Origin: Rhodothermales bacterium
Lineage (GTDB): Bacteria > Bacteroidota > Rhodothermia > Rhodothermales > Bin80
Reading direction: 5' to 3'
Length of the DNA: 64,000 bases
NCBI GenBank assembly: GCA_965116685.1
Contig: OZ220707.1
Coordinates: 1,570,625-1,634,624, forward strand
Below, one piece after another: positions 30,815 through 44,100 of this stretch. The position numbers and the translations under genes are program-made. Below the pieces are notes generated by a model. That model saw only the letters and a program-made list of their open reading frames with translations, was not told the origin of the DNA and searched no databases. Position 1 is the stretch's first letter; the number at the start of each line of letters is the position of its first letter.

Positions 30815-33298
30815 CTAGTCTTCGCCGTCAAGAATATCTTCGATGCGGACACTAATGTCTTCCAGGTGAAGCCGTGTCATACGGTCACCGGTCCGTCTGG
30901 CGGCTCGATCAACTGCGGTTTTCAATGACTTGAGTTCACCACGCACGTATGCACGGATATCTGACTGACTCACATCAACGGGTGCCATCCCAAAGCTGGC
31001 AAAGAAGGATGGAACCGGCGAAGCTTCCTCGGTCATCAGGTATTCAAGACGCTCCAGGTGTCCCCTCTGCAAATTACGCCGGAATGGACCAATCGCCGAA
31101 GCCCTCGGCAGCTCTGTCCATATCCCGTCACGCAAGTCACTCAGGAGTTCTGAAAATGTATAGACCTCCTCCCCATTCGCCAATGCTTCGGTCTCCATGA
31201 GCCGTCCAATGCGAATCGGATTCAGAAGTGTATTCACAGCACCGACCTGATAACGACGAACACGATCCATCGCCCCAACCCCCTCAATCCGGCGCAGGAT
31301 GTCATTGTTCAGTATCCAGGTCGGAGATGCAAATGCTTCCCTTGAGAGCCATTCCATAGCACCGCGCTGAATCTCGGCTGGCACCGGCGTATACACCATA
31401 CCATCCTGATCATAGGTTTTGAAATTCTCATGGTGCCCCCCTACATTTGCAGCCACATGGCCGATGTAGCGGTTCCACTGGGATGCAATCTGACCGTAGA
31501 GTTCATTCAAATCCCCATAGTCCTTGGCATCCTCTGCCGTCCAGTCAATCAGCTCATCCAGAATCACCTTCAGGTTTGCAATTCCATAATCGCTTGCCTT
31601 GACGGCATCATCTCCTAAATCTTCGTTCTGCGACCGCGGATCAACACGCGGGCCCTGGCGTCCGTAGAAATAAAGTGGGTCTCCTGCACGCTCGACAACC
31701 CATTCATTCAGGGTTTCGCGCTCATCATCCGCTGACTCTGCATCCGGGAGCACCGTGTATCCCCATTGCACCGACCACTTATCGTAAATCCCCACATCCG
31801 GCATGAGATTCGTTACCCCATCGCCCGGTTGTGCAACGTAGTTGAATCGGGCATAATCCATGATTGAAGGAGCCGTTCCGTGGGTGTCCGTGAACGTGGA
31901 TGAACGTAGAGAATCTACAGGATAGGCGGCACTTGAGCCCCAATTATGCGGTAACCCAATCGTATGTCCGACCTCATGCGCAGACACAAAACGAATCAAC
32001 CGCCCCATCACTTCGTCTCTGAATTTGACGGAACGGGCATCAGGATTGACCGCAGCAGTCTGGACAAAGAACCAGTTTCGAAGCAGGTTCATCACATTAT
32101 GATACCATCCAATGTCGCTTTCCAGGATCTCACCGGTACGTGGATCATGAACGTGCGGACCAAATGCATTCTGTATGTCCGAAGAGAAGTAACGGATCAC
32201 AGAGTAGCGAATATCTTCGGGACTAAACTCTGGATCTTCTTCCTTACTGGGCGGATCCTTGGCCATGATCGCATTCTTAAACCCTGCAGCCTCAAAAGCC
32301 TTGTTCCAGTCTTCCACACCCTCCTTCAGGTAGGGTCTCCACTTCATTGGCGTGGCTGGATCAATGTAATAGACAATCGGCTTGATGGGCTCGCTCAACT
32401 CGCCCTGGGCGTACGCTTCGGGATCTTTCGGTTCAAGCTTCCAGCGGGTAATGTAGCATCTTTCCTCCGCCTTCTGTGCGTCCCGACCATAGTCGGTCAT
32501 CGTCACGCTGAAAAACCCTACTCGCTGATCACAGAGTCTTGGCTGCATTGGATCCTGCGGCAAGAGAATCATGGACTGATTCATTTCAACAGAAATCGTT
32601 CCCGCAGAAGAATTTGACGGCGGCTCCGCCGCGTCGTAGCTGAGTACATGCCTGACCTCAACATTCAACGGATAACTCTTGGCTGAAGCAATGTAGGTTC
32701 GATCAGAATCCAGACGGCGTACACGGTATTGCTCCCGCCGGAATGAGGGCAACCCGAGTGAGGGCACATCCGAAGTAAACAGATCGGTGACCTCAATCAC
32801 ATGTGCTGTGGAATCATCGTTGAGTGTTTCAACATCAAATGCGCGCAGGATCGGCTCAAAGTTTGAGTTGCGAACCGCATTATAGATGGGTTCATCTTCA
32901 TCCGCAACATTCTCATAAGACACGATGCGCAGCATGATCTTCTCAGACTGTTTCTGCCAGCGCAATACTTGGGTACTTGTCTTCATTCCCCCGTATCCCA
33001 TGTTATTCATGGTCGCTGCCTGACGTGACACCAGAAGCATTTCGACATCCAGGAGAGAGTCGGGGATTTCGAAATACAACTTTTCTTCAATCCGATGCAC
33101 CTTAAAAAGTCCCTCATCCGTCACTGCATCCTCGGTGATGACATCACTGTATTTTTTTGAATCATCTTCCTTTTTACTCTCAGATTCAGCAGGCTTGTCT
33201 GCCACGGTCGGGGCAGACTGGCGCACGGATGAACAACCTGCGATCAGCATAAGTGCGATCAAAGGAAGGAGTAGGCCACGTAGCAATTTCATAATCAA
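30815..33298 (-). CDS. Zinc-dependent metalloprotease lipoprotein (DUF5117/DUF5118/DUF4953 type)
   Basis: Lipobox LIAGC; HEVGHTIGLPHN metzincin motif; SIMDYARFNYVAQPGD; KPIVYYIDP. Confidence 0.9.
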   Translation of the reverse strand: MIMKLLRGLLLPLIALMLIAGCSSVRQSAPTVADKPAESESKKEDDSKKYSDVITEDAVTDEGLFKVHRIEEKLYFEIPDSLLDVEMLLVSRQAATMNNMGYGGMKTSTQVLRWQKQSEKIMLRIVSYENVADEDEPIYNAVRNSNFEPILRAFDVETLNDDSTAHVIEVTDLFTSDVPSLGLPSFRREQYRVRRLDSDRTYIASAKSYPLNVEVRHVLSYDAAEPPSNSSAGTISVEMNQSMILLPQDPMQPRLCDQRVGFFSVTMTDYGRDAQKAEERCYITRWKLEPKDPEAYAQGELSEPIKPIVYYIDPATPMKWRPYLKEGVEDWNKAFEAAGFKNAIMAKDPPSKEEDPEFSPEDIRYSVIRYFSSDIQNAFGPHVHDPRTGEILESDIGWYHNVMNLLRNWFFVQTAAVNPDARSVKFRDEVMGRLIRFVSAHEVGHTIGLPHNWGSSAAYPVDSLRSSTFTDTHGTAPSIMDYARFNYVAQPGDGVTNLMPDVGIYDKWSVQWGYTVLPDAESADDERETLNEWVVERAGDPLYFYGRQGPRVDPRSQNEDLGDDAVKASDYGIANLKVILDELIDWTAEDAKDYGDLNELYGQIASQWNRYIGHVAANVGGHHENFKTYDQDGMVYTPVPAEIQRGAMEWLSREAFASPTWILNNDILRRIEGVGAMDRVRRYQVGAVNTLLNPIRIGRLMETEALANGEEVYTFSELLSDLRDGIWTELPRASAIGPFRRNLQRGHLERLEYLMTEEASPVPSFFASFGMAPVDVSQSDIRAYVRGELKSLKTAVDRAARRTGDRMTRLHLEDISVRIEDILDGED

Positions 33299-33304
33299 AA
33301 AGGT

Positions 33305-33560
33305 AAGGTTCGGTCCAGTTTACAAAGATACGACATCAGGGCGTTTCCATACCTATCAGGAGGCAACAGGGATAAAGAAACAATTGGTTGCGCCCATCCC
33401 TTCGCAGAACAGGCGGAGATTTTGCTCTGACATCAACCATTCCCCCTGACGTGCAGACAATACAACTGAAATCAACCCCGAACTGGCTATATTCAACGGA
33501 CTTTGTATCCTGACTGGTGGCATAAAACCTGTGCTTTCATCTCACTTGCCCAGCTTCAGA
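33305..33560. repeat. Copy A of a 256-bp diverged direct repeat (intergenic region)
   Basis: Aligns without gaps to 36072-36327, about 90% identical by manual count. Confidence 0.9.
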
Positions 33561-33587
33561 GTTTCAAATATTTGTGCCCTAGAGCCA

Positions 33588-33844
33588 TCATAATTTAGAA
33601 AGCTCAACGGCAATGCTCAGCCATGCATTAATTTTGTCAAGATCCGGCTCCTCTTTGCCCTCGGAAATTTCTAACCAGAGACCATCATGAGCAGCTACTA
33701 ATTCCGGGGCTCTTAATTAATGATCCTTGGTCGATCCTCATTATCAACAACTTCCGATCCATAATCTGAAGTGATCGAAGAATCGGAACAGCCGCTTGCA
33801 AACAACGCGAACACCAACAGGGCTGTACAAAGTGGGATTTTCAT
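33588..33844 (-). pseudogene. Frameshifted small lipoprotein
   Basis: MKIPLCTALLVFALFASGC signal/lipobox, an early stop, then a plausible continuation in another frame (LRAPELVAAHDGLWLEIS...). Confidence 0.4.
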
Positions 33845-34180
33845 TGGGGTTTGTGTCAAATAAATCCAAATTATGCGCAAAAGATACGAAAAGTTAAAAC
33901 TGTTTTATTGATGGATAGGAAGCCCATACTCGCGCTTATTTCGATCGGTTGCGTTCGATACTCACCGCTCATATTTTGCGATTTACAGACGTTTATGGAC
34001 ATTTATTCTGAACAACAAAGAGAGACCATGCTACCCATCAAACTCACGGTTGACACGGGCAAGCCAGTGATCATTGCCGGGGAACTGACGCCGGACCAAG
34101 CCCAACCGCCCAAGCGCCTAGTTCGGGATTCTCAAAGCATTGAAAATTACAGCCGCGATAGGTGTGTTCCGCGGGATCGT

Positions 34181-34984
34181 CTACGGGCAAATAATTGCGA
34201 TGTAACCGCAATCGGGACATATATCTTCCCTGGCGGGGAAGACGTAGTGATTACAGTAGCGACATATCCTCATATCCTTATGATGTAGCCAACGTTTGAC
34301 ACCATCACAGGTCATTGATAAGAGCAAAGACTTGAGCGCGCTCTCCGTCCTCGCGCCTGGATTCTTCAGGTTGCCGTGATGTTCGTGTACCCGCTTCCAG
34401 GTCACATTGATTTCCACTGCTGAGATATCTTCCTGCAACATATCCAGGGAGTACGCTTCATCTTTGGGATTCGTGACGCAGATTTCAACGACCAGGTGCT
34501 TCCTACAGTTAGGTTTTGCCTCGATCGGGGAAGTAGCTGGTACAATCCCAACGGTCAGCAGGAGATCCACGCGCCGACCAGTCTTCGGAAGTACAACCTC
34601 TTCCTGCGCAGAGTCAATTCGCAACTTATACTTGCTCTTCCCTTTCGGTAGAACAATACATTTACCGATTGATTTTTTGACTAGGTGCTTGCTCCAGATA
34701 TGGAGTACACCTTCCCTGCATGATTCATTCCCGTAACCGTTCGGATGTTCATTCGCAGAACGATCATGGGCGAAATGCCATTGCAGGATTTCTCCATGTC
34801 GGGCAATTAGGGGATCCCCGCATTTGGGACAAAAGCATCCACACGCTTTTCCCTGCTCCACTTCACTCGGATATCTCCAATGTCCATAACGGTCAATGCC
34901 AACGGGGAGCAGGAGATTCGAGCCCCTGAGCACACGGGGGGATTCCATCCTGTTTGTTTTGTAGGGGAAAGCCGTTTGAACCAT
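34181..34984 (-). CDS. CoiA-like zinc-finger + PD-(D/E)xK nuclease
   Basis: CFCPKCGDPLIARHG...WHFAH, EGVLHIWSK, RRVDLL...VVEICVTN, and a C-terminal CxxC-CxxC. Confidence 0.7.
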   Translation of the reverse strand: MVQTAFPYKTNRMESPRVLRGSNLLLPVGIDRYGHWRYPSEVEQGKACGCFCPKCGDPLIARHGEILQWHFAHDRSANEHPNGYGNESCREGVLHIWSKHLVKKSIGKCIVLPKGKSKYKLRIDSAQEEVVLPKTGRRVDLLLTVGIVPATSPIEAKPNCRKHLVVEICVTNPKDEAYSLDMLQEDISAVEINVTWKRVHEHHGNLKNPGARTESALKSLLLSMTCDGVKRWLHHKDMRICRYCNHYVFPAREDICPDCGYIAIICP

Positions 34985-35626
34985 TTAATTGCGATTTAAG
35001 GCATCAGTTGAGCAGGTAAGGGGTTGCCGCTACTCGCCCATATTTTCAAATCTATGGGGCAATACGGGGGGCATCCCGCTACACCCTATCTACCTAGTGT
35101 CCACCCCTGTCCACCGCTTTTCTTAAAAGACGGGTTTGACATCGCTTCCGCAATATAAGGAAATAGTGTGGACACATAGGTCATTTTGTGGTGATTTTCA
35201 CCCACATCATTTGCCGCTTCCCGGTTTGGGGATTTGTTTCTTTCCCGCCGTTCCAACCAGAACACCCCGCACCATGCAGGCCCGCCCCCTATTTCCATGA
35301 ATGAACTCGCCGTCCTGCCCCGCACACCCCTGGCCTCCCTGGAACTCACGCCCGAACTAAGTCGGTCGCTCCGTCCACCGACGCCTCCAGGAAATCCTGA
35401 AGGCACACATGGACGCGTTCCTGCCGAACGGTGGCCGCCGCCGTTCCTCTCACACCATCTGGATCGGCAGTGCCCAGTCCCTGACCCATGCCGGAGGTTC
35501 GCTGGTTGACCTGCAGACGGCAGGCGCTGGATTGGTCCTTTGATGCCGGCATGGCACTGCAAGGGGGAAATGGCGCGGTCGCTCGCCTCCGCTACGAGCG
35601 AGACTGAAATCCGCGGGCGCTGGAAT

Positions 35627-36064
35627 CTACTGGTCTTGCCCTTTCCGGACGTCAATCTCGTTAGCGCGTTGGATGGCTAGGTCCTGGGTCTCTTGTACCT
35701 GGGCCGGCGTCATCTGGGCTTGCAGCGTAACAAGGTGTTCGTAAATCTGTTCGTCTTCGATCCCTCCTGCTCTGGACAGGCTGTACCATATATAGGCTTC
35801 CTTGGGATCTTGCTGCACACCCGCGCCGTAGTGGTAGGCTCCGCCCAGATTGGCCATCGCGTCCGCGTGCCCCTGCTCCGCGGCTTCCCGGTACCAGTGC
35901 ATGGCCTGTTCGAGGTCTTGCTCCCTACCCTCGCCCAGCTGGAACTGCGCCTCCGCATCCAGACTCGGTTCCTCCGTTTGCGTGCACGCCCCGGCCGCGA
36001 TCAGAAGAGCTGCGGCAATGAGTGTGGTTGCTTTCGTCATATGTCGATTCTTGAATAAGTTCAT
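35627..36064 (-). CDS. Sel1-repeat lipoprotein
   Basis: Signal ending AAGAC; AMHWYREAAEQGHADAMANLGGAYHYGAGVQQDPKEAYIWY. Confidence 0.85.
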   Translation of the reverse strand: MNLFKNRHMTKATTLIAAALLIAAGACTQTEEPSLDAEAQFQLGEGREQDLEQAMHWYREAAEQGHADAMANLGGAYHYGAGVQQDPKEAYIWYSLSRAGGIEDEQIYEHLVTLQAQMTPAQVQETQDLAIQRANEIDVRKGQDQ

Positions 36065-36071
36065 ACTCGAA

Positions 36072-36327
36072 AAGGTTCGGTCCTATCTCTGAAAATACGA
36101 TGTCAAGGCGTTTCTATACCTATCAGGAGGCAACAGGGATGAAGAAACAAATGGTTGCACCCATCCCTTCGCAGAACAGGCGAGGATTTTGCCCTGACAT
36201 CAACCATTCCCCTTGATGTGCAGACAATACAACTGAAATCAACCCCGAACTGGCTATGTTCAACGGACTTTGTATCTTGACTGGCGGCATAAAACCTGTG
36301 CTTTCATCTCACTTTCCCGGCTTCAGA
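36072..36327. repeat. Copy B of the 256-bp diverged direct repeat
   Basis: See 33305-33560; its 3' part recurs again at 38525-38649 within the IS target duplication. Confidence 0.9.
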
Positions 36328-36592
36328 AACCCGTAGTATGTTTGTGGGTTTTCTACGACCCTGAACAACCATAATCACCAACCTATAGACTAGACTTTCA
36401 TGAGCAACGAAGGCTGCTGCCCTGTGGCAGGCAAAACCCGCACGACACCAAAACATTATTCCAACCTGGACTGGTGGCCAAACCAGGTAAACCTGAAAAT
36501 CCTTACTCAGAATTCTCCCCAGTTAAACCCATTTGGAGAAGACTTCAATTATGCCAGAGAATTCAGCAAATTGAACCTAGATGAGCTCAAAG
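36203..36592. repeat. 390-bp direct repeat (left copy) flanking an IS1634-family element
   Basis: Appears identical to 38525-38914; contains the katG upstream region and its first 64 codons. Confidence 0.95.
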
Positions 36593-36597
36593 CCTGA
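36400..36597 (+). pseudogene. katG: Truncated duplicate of the katG 5' end (stop supplied by the IS end)
   Basis: Identical to KatG residues 1-64, ending at the CCTGA of the IS left end. Confidence 0.92.
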
Positions 36598-38524
36598 CTT
36601 TGACGGTTTCGATTTTTCCAGGTACAAAACCACTGTTTCCGTGCTTTCTGGGAGGTTTTTTTTTGGCCTTCCTGTGTAGTGTTCAGTCTTGCTTTTTAAT
36701 TGTATTTTTCGTATCTTTGTAATTCACCAACCAACTGTGTCATGTGGGTCCGAGAACTCAAACGAAAAACCACGAAAAACATCTCTGTCCAGATTGTTGA
36801 GAGCTACCGTAATAAGGAAAGAAAGCCGCGGGTTCGTATCGTCCGACACATGGGAAGCGTTCACCCGGATGCAGTGGACGGTCTGGTTAAAATTGCCTAT
36901 CTGGAATTAGCTCGGATCCAAGAAGACCTGCAACCCTCCTTATTTCCTGCAGAGTCTTATGTAGACGAGGTGGTGGCTGCCCGCAGAAAAAAACGGGAGT
37001 CGAAGGCACTGGTGATCAAAGATGCACGGAAGCTGGAGGAAATACGGCGCATCTGTCTGGGCTTTCACGAGGTCATGGGGGCCCTGTATCACCAGATGCG
37101 GTTTACAGAGGTCTTTGATCGCCGTCAGAAGATGTCTCGTCGTCTGTTCAAGCAAGCGGTTTTACTTCGTCTGGCTGCACCTGGGGATAGTAAACTGGCC
37201 CATGCACGGCAGATGTCCAAGGATGCGGGGGTGGACGTTCCGGTGGAGAAGTTCTATCGGATGATGGATGCCGTCACGGACGACCGAATTGAACAGATGA
37301 AGCAGCTGGTCTCCAACGAGACGCTCGGCATGCTTGGCGGGAAACTGAAGGTGCTGTTTTTTGATGTGACGACATTGAGCTTTGCCAGTGAGTTGCCGGA
37401 TGAGCTACGCAAGAAAGGGTTTAGCAAGGATGGGAAGCCCAAAAAGGTTCAGTTGGTCTTGGCATTGATCCAAACCCAAGAAGGGCTTCCGGTCACGTAC
37501 GAACTCTTTCCCGGCAATACCACCGATGTAAAGACGCTTGAACCGGCGATGACGCGCCTCAAAGAATGTTTTGATTTGGATCGGATGATTGTCGTTGCCG
37601 ATTCAGGGATGTTGAGCAAGGAGAATTTAGCGTTGTTGCAAAGTCTGGGCTGTGACTATATCGTGGCTGCACGTTTACGGTCATTAAATCAACTCCACAC
37701 CAAGACGATTCTCGGGGCACAGTCTTGGAAGGTTTTAACGACGGGTCGTAAGGTTACCGAACACAAACTTGGTGGTCGACGCTTGATTTTGCGCTATTGT
37801 CCAAAGAAGGCAGCTCGGGATGTACATTCACGGGAGAAGGCAATTGAGAAGGTGAAGAATCGTTTGAAACAGGGGGTCAAGGGCACCGGCAGAAGTGGTC
37901 GATTTCTGAAGGTGAAGCAGGATGGAGTGAGCTTAGATCAAGCAGCGATTGTTCGGGATGAGAAGTTTGATGGGCTGCATGGGGTCTGGACGAGTCTGGA
38001 GGATCTGACTCCAGAACAAGTCTATCAACATTATGGAGAGTTATGGCGAATTGAAGAAGGTTTTCGTGTGATGAAACACACCATGGCGATCCGGCCCATC
38101 TTTCACTGGGTCGAGCGTCGGGTGCGTGCCCATATTGCAATCTGTTTTGTTGCATTTGCCCTGTTACGGATCTTCCGACACCGATATAATGCGAGGTTTG
38201 GTTCAAAACATCGCCTGAGTGAAGGGCAGATTTTAGCAGAACTTGGTGCGGTGGAAACCTCCATGATTTGTGATCGAGGCAATCGGGCAGAATACCTTCT
38301 TCCATCGAAGGTTACCGAAACGAGCGGGCGCCTATACCAGACAGTCGGTCTGACGATACAGCGCCAGACCGTACTGTTCAAAGAGGGGACGACCTCCTAA
38401 ATCAAGCGTCCCATTCGGTCTCGATCTTCATCATTCCGCCCTGAAAAGGGGGATTGGTAGTGTTCAGTTTTCCCGGAAATCCCACTCCAGAACCCCTGTG
38501 ACGGAGGTAACCGTCGAAGTCAAG
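36593..38524 (+). mobile_element. IS1634-family element, copy 1 (1932 bp)
   Basis: IRs cctgactttgacggtt / cttgacttcgacggtt; matches 49031-50962. Confidence 0.95.
36742..38400 (+). CDS. IS1634-family DDE transposase
   Basis: QIVESYRNKERKPR, LFFDVTTLSF, GFSKDGKP, ELFPGNTTD, VVADSGM, YGELWRIEEGFRVMK, RPIFHW...RAHIAICF. Likely start MWVRELK. Confidence 0.95.
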   Translation: MWVRELKRKTTKNISVQIVESYRNKERKPRVRIVRHMGSVHPDAVDGLVKIAYLELARIQEDLQPSLFPAESYVDEVVAARRKKRESKALVIKDARKLEEIRRICLGFHEVMGALYHQMRFTEVFDRRQKMSRRLFKQAVLLRLAAPGDSKLAHARQMSKDAGVDVPVEKFYRMMDAVTDDRIEQMKQLVSNETLGMLGGKLKVLFFDVTTLSFASELPDELRKKGFSKDGKPKKVQLVLALIQTQEGLPVTYELFPGNTTDVKTLEPAMTRLKECFDLDRMIVVADSGMLSKENLALLQSLGCDYIVAARLRSLNQLHTKTILGAQSWKVLTTGRKVTEHKLGGRRLILRYCPKKAARDVHSREKAIEKVKNRLKQGVKGTGRSGRFLKVKQDGVSLDQAAIVRDEKFDGLHGVWTSLEDLTPEQVYQHYGELWRIEEGFRVMKHTMAIRPIFHWVERRVRAHIAICFVAFALLRIFRHRYNARFGSKHRLSEGQILAELGAVETSMICDRGNRAEYLLPSKVTETSGRLYQTVGLTIQRQTVLFKEGTTS

Positions 38525-40908
<2,384 letters not shown>

Positions 40909-41162
40909 CCATGGGGAGATGGATTGAGTCCCGATTGCGAACAATCGGGACATCTGCTCCCCTTGTCGATTATCCTGGATTTTGAGTTTTCCAGCCAAAA
41001 TGCTGCTTGATCCTGGAGGACATCTTCCGAAAACCAGAAACAGATTCGCAATACTGCAGGATTAACTATATGACATCATGCCACGCTCCTGAAAGGGCAA
41101 CATAGCTCTCTTACTGCTTATCTTCCCTAACACACCATTTGCATCAAGAGTGCTACGCAATT

Positions 41163-44100
41163 ATGCCTGAATTCTGCCATTTACACTGCCATACCTCCTA
41201 CTCCTTGCTGGACGGAGCTGCACGGATTGACGCACTTGTAGCACGAGCAAAAAAGCTTGGTATGGATGCTCTGGGTATCACGGACCATGGCAATCTGTAT
41301 GGTGTGCCGGAATTTCACTCCATTGCCAAACGAAATGGAGTCCAGCCTGTAATCGGCTGTGAATTCTATCTCTGCGCAAGTCCCATGCAAGAGCGGAAAG
41401 ATCGGGTACGATATCATCAGGTCCTGTGGGCAAAAAACGAGGTAGGATATCGGAACCTGATCAAGCTGTCCTCTCTATCGTTTTTGGAAGGGTTTTATTT
41501 CAAACCCCGTATTGATTTTGACCTTCTTACGAAGTATCGGGAAGGTCTAGTTGCAACGACCTGCTGCCTCCAGGGGCAAATCCCCCAGGAAATCCTCAAT
41601 GGCAACCTGGATAACGCACGCAAGTGGCTCAAAAAGTATGTGGACCTGTTTGGCACCGAGGATTACTACGTTGAAATCCAGGATCATGGTATTGAGGAAC
41701 AGGCCTTGGTCAATGAGACACTCCTGAAGTGGGCTGCTGAATTCAACCTGGAGGTCGTTGCAACCAATGATGTCCACTATGTCATGAAGGAGGACGCTTT
41801 TGCGCAGGATATCCTCCTCTGCCTTCAGACAGGAAAGGATCTCGATGATCCGAAGCGCCTTCGTTTTGATAAGCAGGAGTTCTATCTGAAGTCCACGGAC
41901 GAAATGCATACGAGTCTGGGAAAGAACCCGGACGCTGACGTATGGATGGAAAACAGTCTGGCAATCGCGGAGAAATGCCAGTTCGAGCTGCCTATGGGGA
42001 AACTTCTGATGCCACACTTCCAGATTCCCGGTGAATTTGGAGACAGCGCAGACGAATACCTGAAGCATCTTGTGTTTGAACGGGGCAAAAAACGGTACCC
42101 TGAGTTCTCGGATTCGGTGCAGGCCCGCCTGCTCAACGAGCTGGGGATCATTCGCGAAATGGGATACGCCGGATATTTTCTGATCGTACAGGACTTTACG
42201 ACCGCCGCCCGTGAAATGGGCGTATCCGTCGGCCCTGGGCGAGGCTCTGCAGCCGGCAGTGCGGTGGCCTACTGTCTTGGAATTACGAACGTAGATCCAC
42301 TCAAATATAATCTGCTCTTTGAGCGCTTCCTGAATCCAGAGCGCATTTCCATGCCGGATATTGATATTGATTTCGATGACCACGGACGAGCGAAGGTGAT
42401 TGATTATGTGATCAAAAAATATGGACAACTAAACGTTAGCCAGATCGTCACTTTCGGCACCATGGGGGCGCGTACGGTCATTCGGGATGTGGCACGGGTT
42501 CTCCGAATTCCGCTTCAGGAAGCGGATAAAATTGCCAAATCCATGCCTTATGGAATCGGTCTGGATGAGGCACTGAAGTCCGTAGATGAACTGAAAGAAT
42601 TGGTGAAATCCGACCGAAAGGAAATCAAAGCTCTGATCAAGGCCTCGCGAGTGCTGGAAGGATGTGCGAGGCACACTGGAGTTCATGCCGCCGGGGTCAT
42701 TATTGCACCTGGTACCGTCAGTGATTACATCCCGGTTGCCACCACAAAAAACAAGGAAGGGCAGGTTCTGACAACCCAGTACTCGGGAGATTGGGTTGAG
42801 GATTTTGGCTTGCTCAAGATGGACTTTCTGGGACTTTCAACCTTGACCATCATTGAGGACACCTGTAAAATTATCCGAAACCGTACCGGTAATGCACCCG
42901 ACATGGACACACTGCCGCTGGACGATGCCGCCACGTTTAAACTCTTTCAGCGAGGAGATACAAATGCCGTTTTTCAGTTTGAATCGGACGGTATGCGCAA
43001 GTGGCTCGTACAGTTGAGGCCGACTTCCCTGGATGATTTGATCGCCATGAATGCACTCTACCGGCCGGGCCCAATGGATTTAATTCCAAATTATATCCGG
43101 CGCAAACATGGTGAGGAGCCAATTGAATACCCGCATGAGATCCTCGAGCCAGTCTTGAAGCCTACCTATGGAATCCCCGTATTCCAGGAACAAGTTATGC
43201 AAATGGCACAGGTCATGGGAGGCTATTCGCTTGGCGCAGCAGATATCTTACGCCGAGCAATGGGGAAGAAGAAAAAATCCGAAATGAAGGCCCAACGCAA
43301 TCGGTTCGTAGACGGGGCAAAAGAACGCGGGATCCCCGAAAAAACTGCGGAAGAGGTCTTTGACATGATGGATAAGTTTGCAGGTTACGGATTCAATAAA
43401 TGTATTGAGCAATCCACCCTCATTACGAATGCACGCACGGGCTCACAAATCACCGTCCGCCAACTTCATGAGGAAGGCTGGGACGGATTTCAGGTCTACG
43501 CACTCGCGCATGACGGCGTTCTGGTTCCCCGAAATGTGGAGGCCGTTCACTATAACGGATTCAAGCAGGTTTTTGAATTGGTGACGCAGAATGGACGACG
43601 AATTCGCACAACATCTACGCACCGATTCCGTGTACAAGAGAACTGGCAGTGCCTGGAAAACCTTCATAGAGGTGATCAGGTCGCAATGATTGAATCCGAA
43701 CCCTCACCGGTTCCCACCGATTATGACGAAGAGAGCACCTATGTGATTGATACCGGTGTAAAAATCATCTGGGACAGCATCGTGGCAATCATCCCGGCAG
43801 GTTACGCGCATACGTACGATCTCACCGTAGCGGAAGATCATAACTACATCGCGAATGACTTCGTGGTACATAACAGTCATAGTGTTGCCTACTCACTTGT
43901 CGCATACCAGACGGCATACCTGAAAGCGCATCATACTGCTGAATTTATGGCAGCAGTCATGTCGAATGTATCTGGAGATTCAAAAAAATTCATCTCAACG
44001 TTGGATGAGGCCCGACGCCTCGGCCTCCAACCTCAGCCCCCGTCCGTCACGCACAGCAGGGAAGACTTTTCCGTAGATGAGAGTGGAACGATTCACTTTG

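Noticed and set aside
35086-35655. 189-aa minus ORF and overlapping plus-strand fragments (integrase-like or beta-barrel-like tails)
   Set aside because: Low-complexity translation and broken frames; no motif strong enough to support a call.
36400-36597. Independent small protein or katG leader peptide
   Set aside because: Fully explained by the IS target duplication.
41547-42428. 293-aa minus-strand ORF
   Set aside because: Antisense shadow of dnaE.
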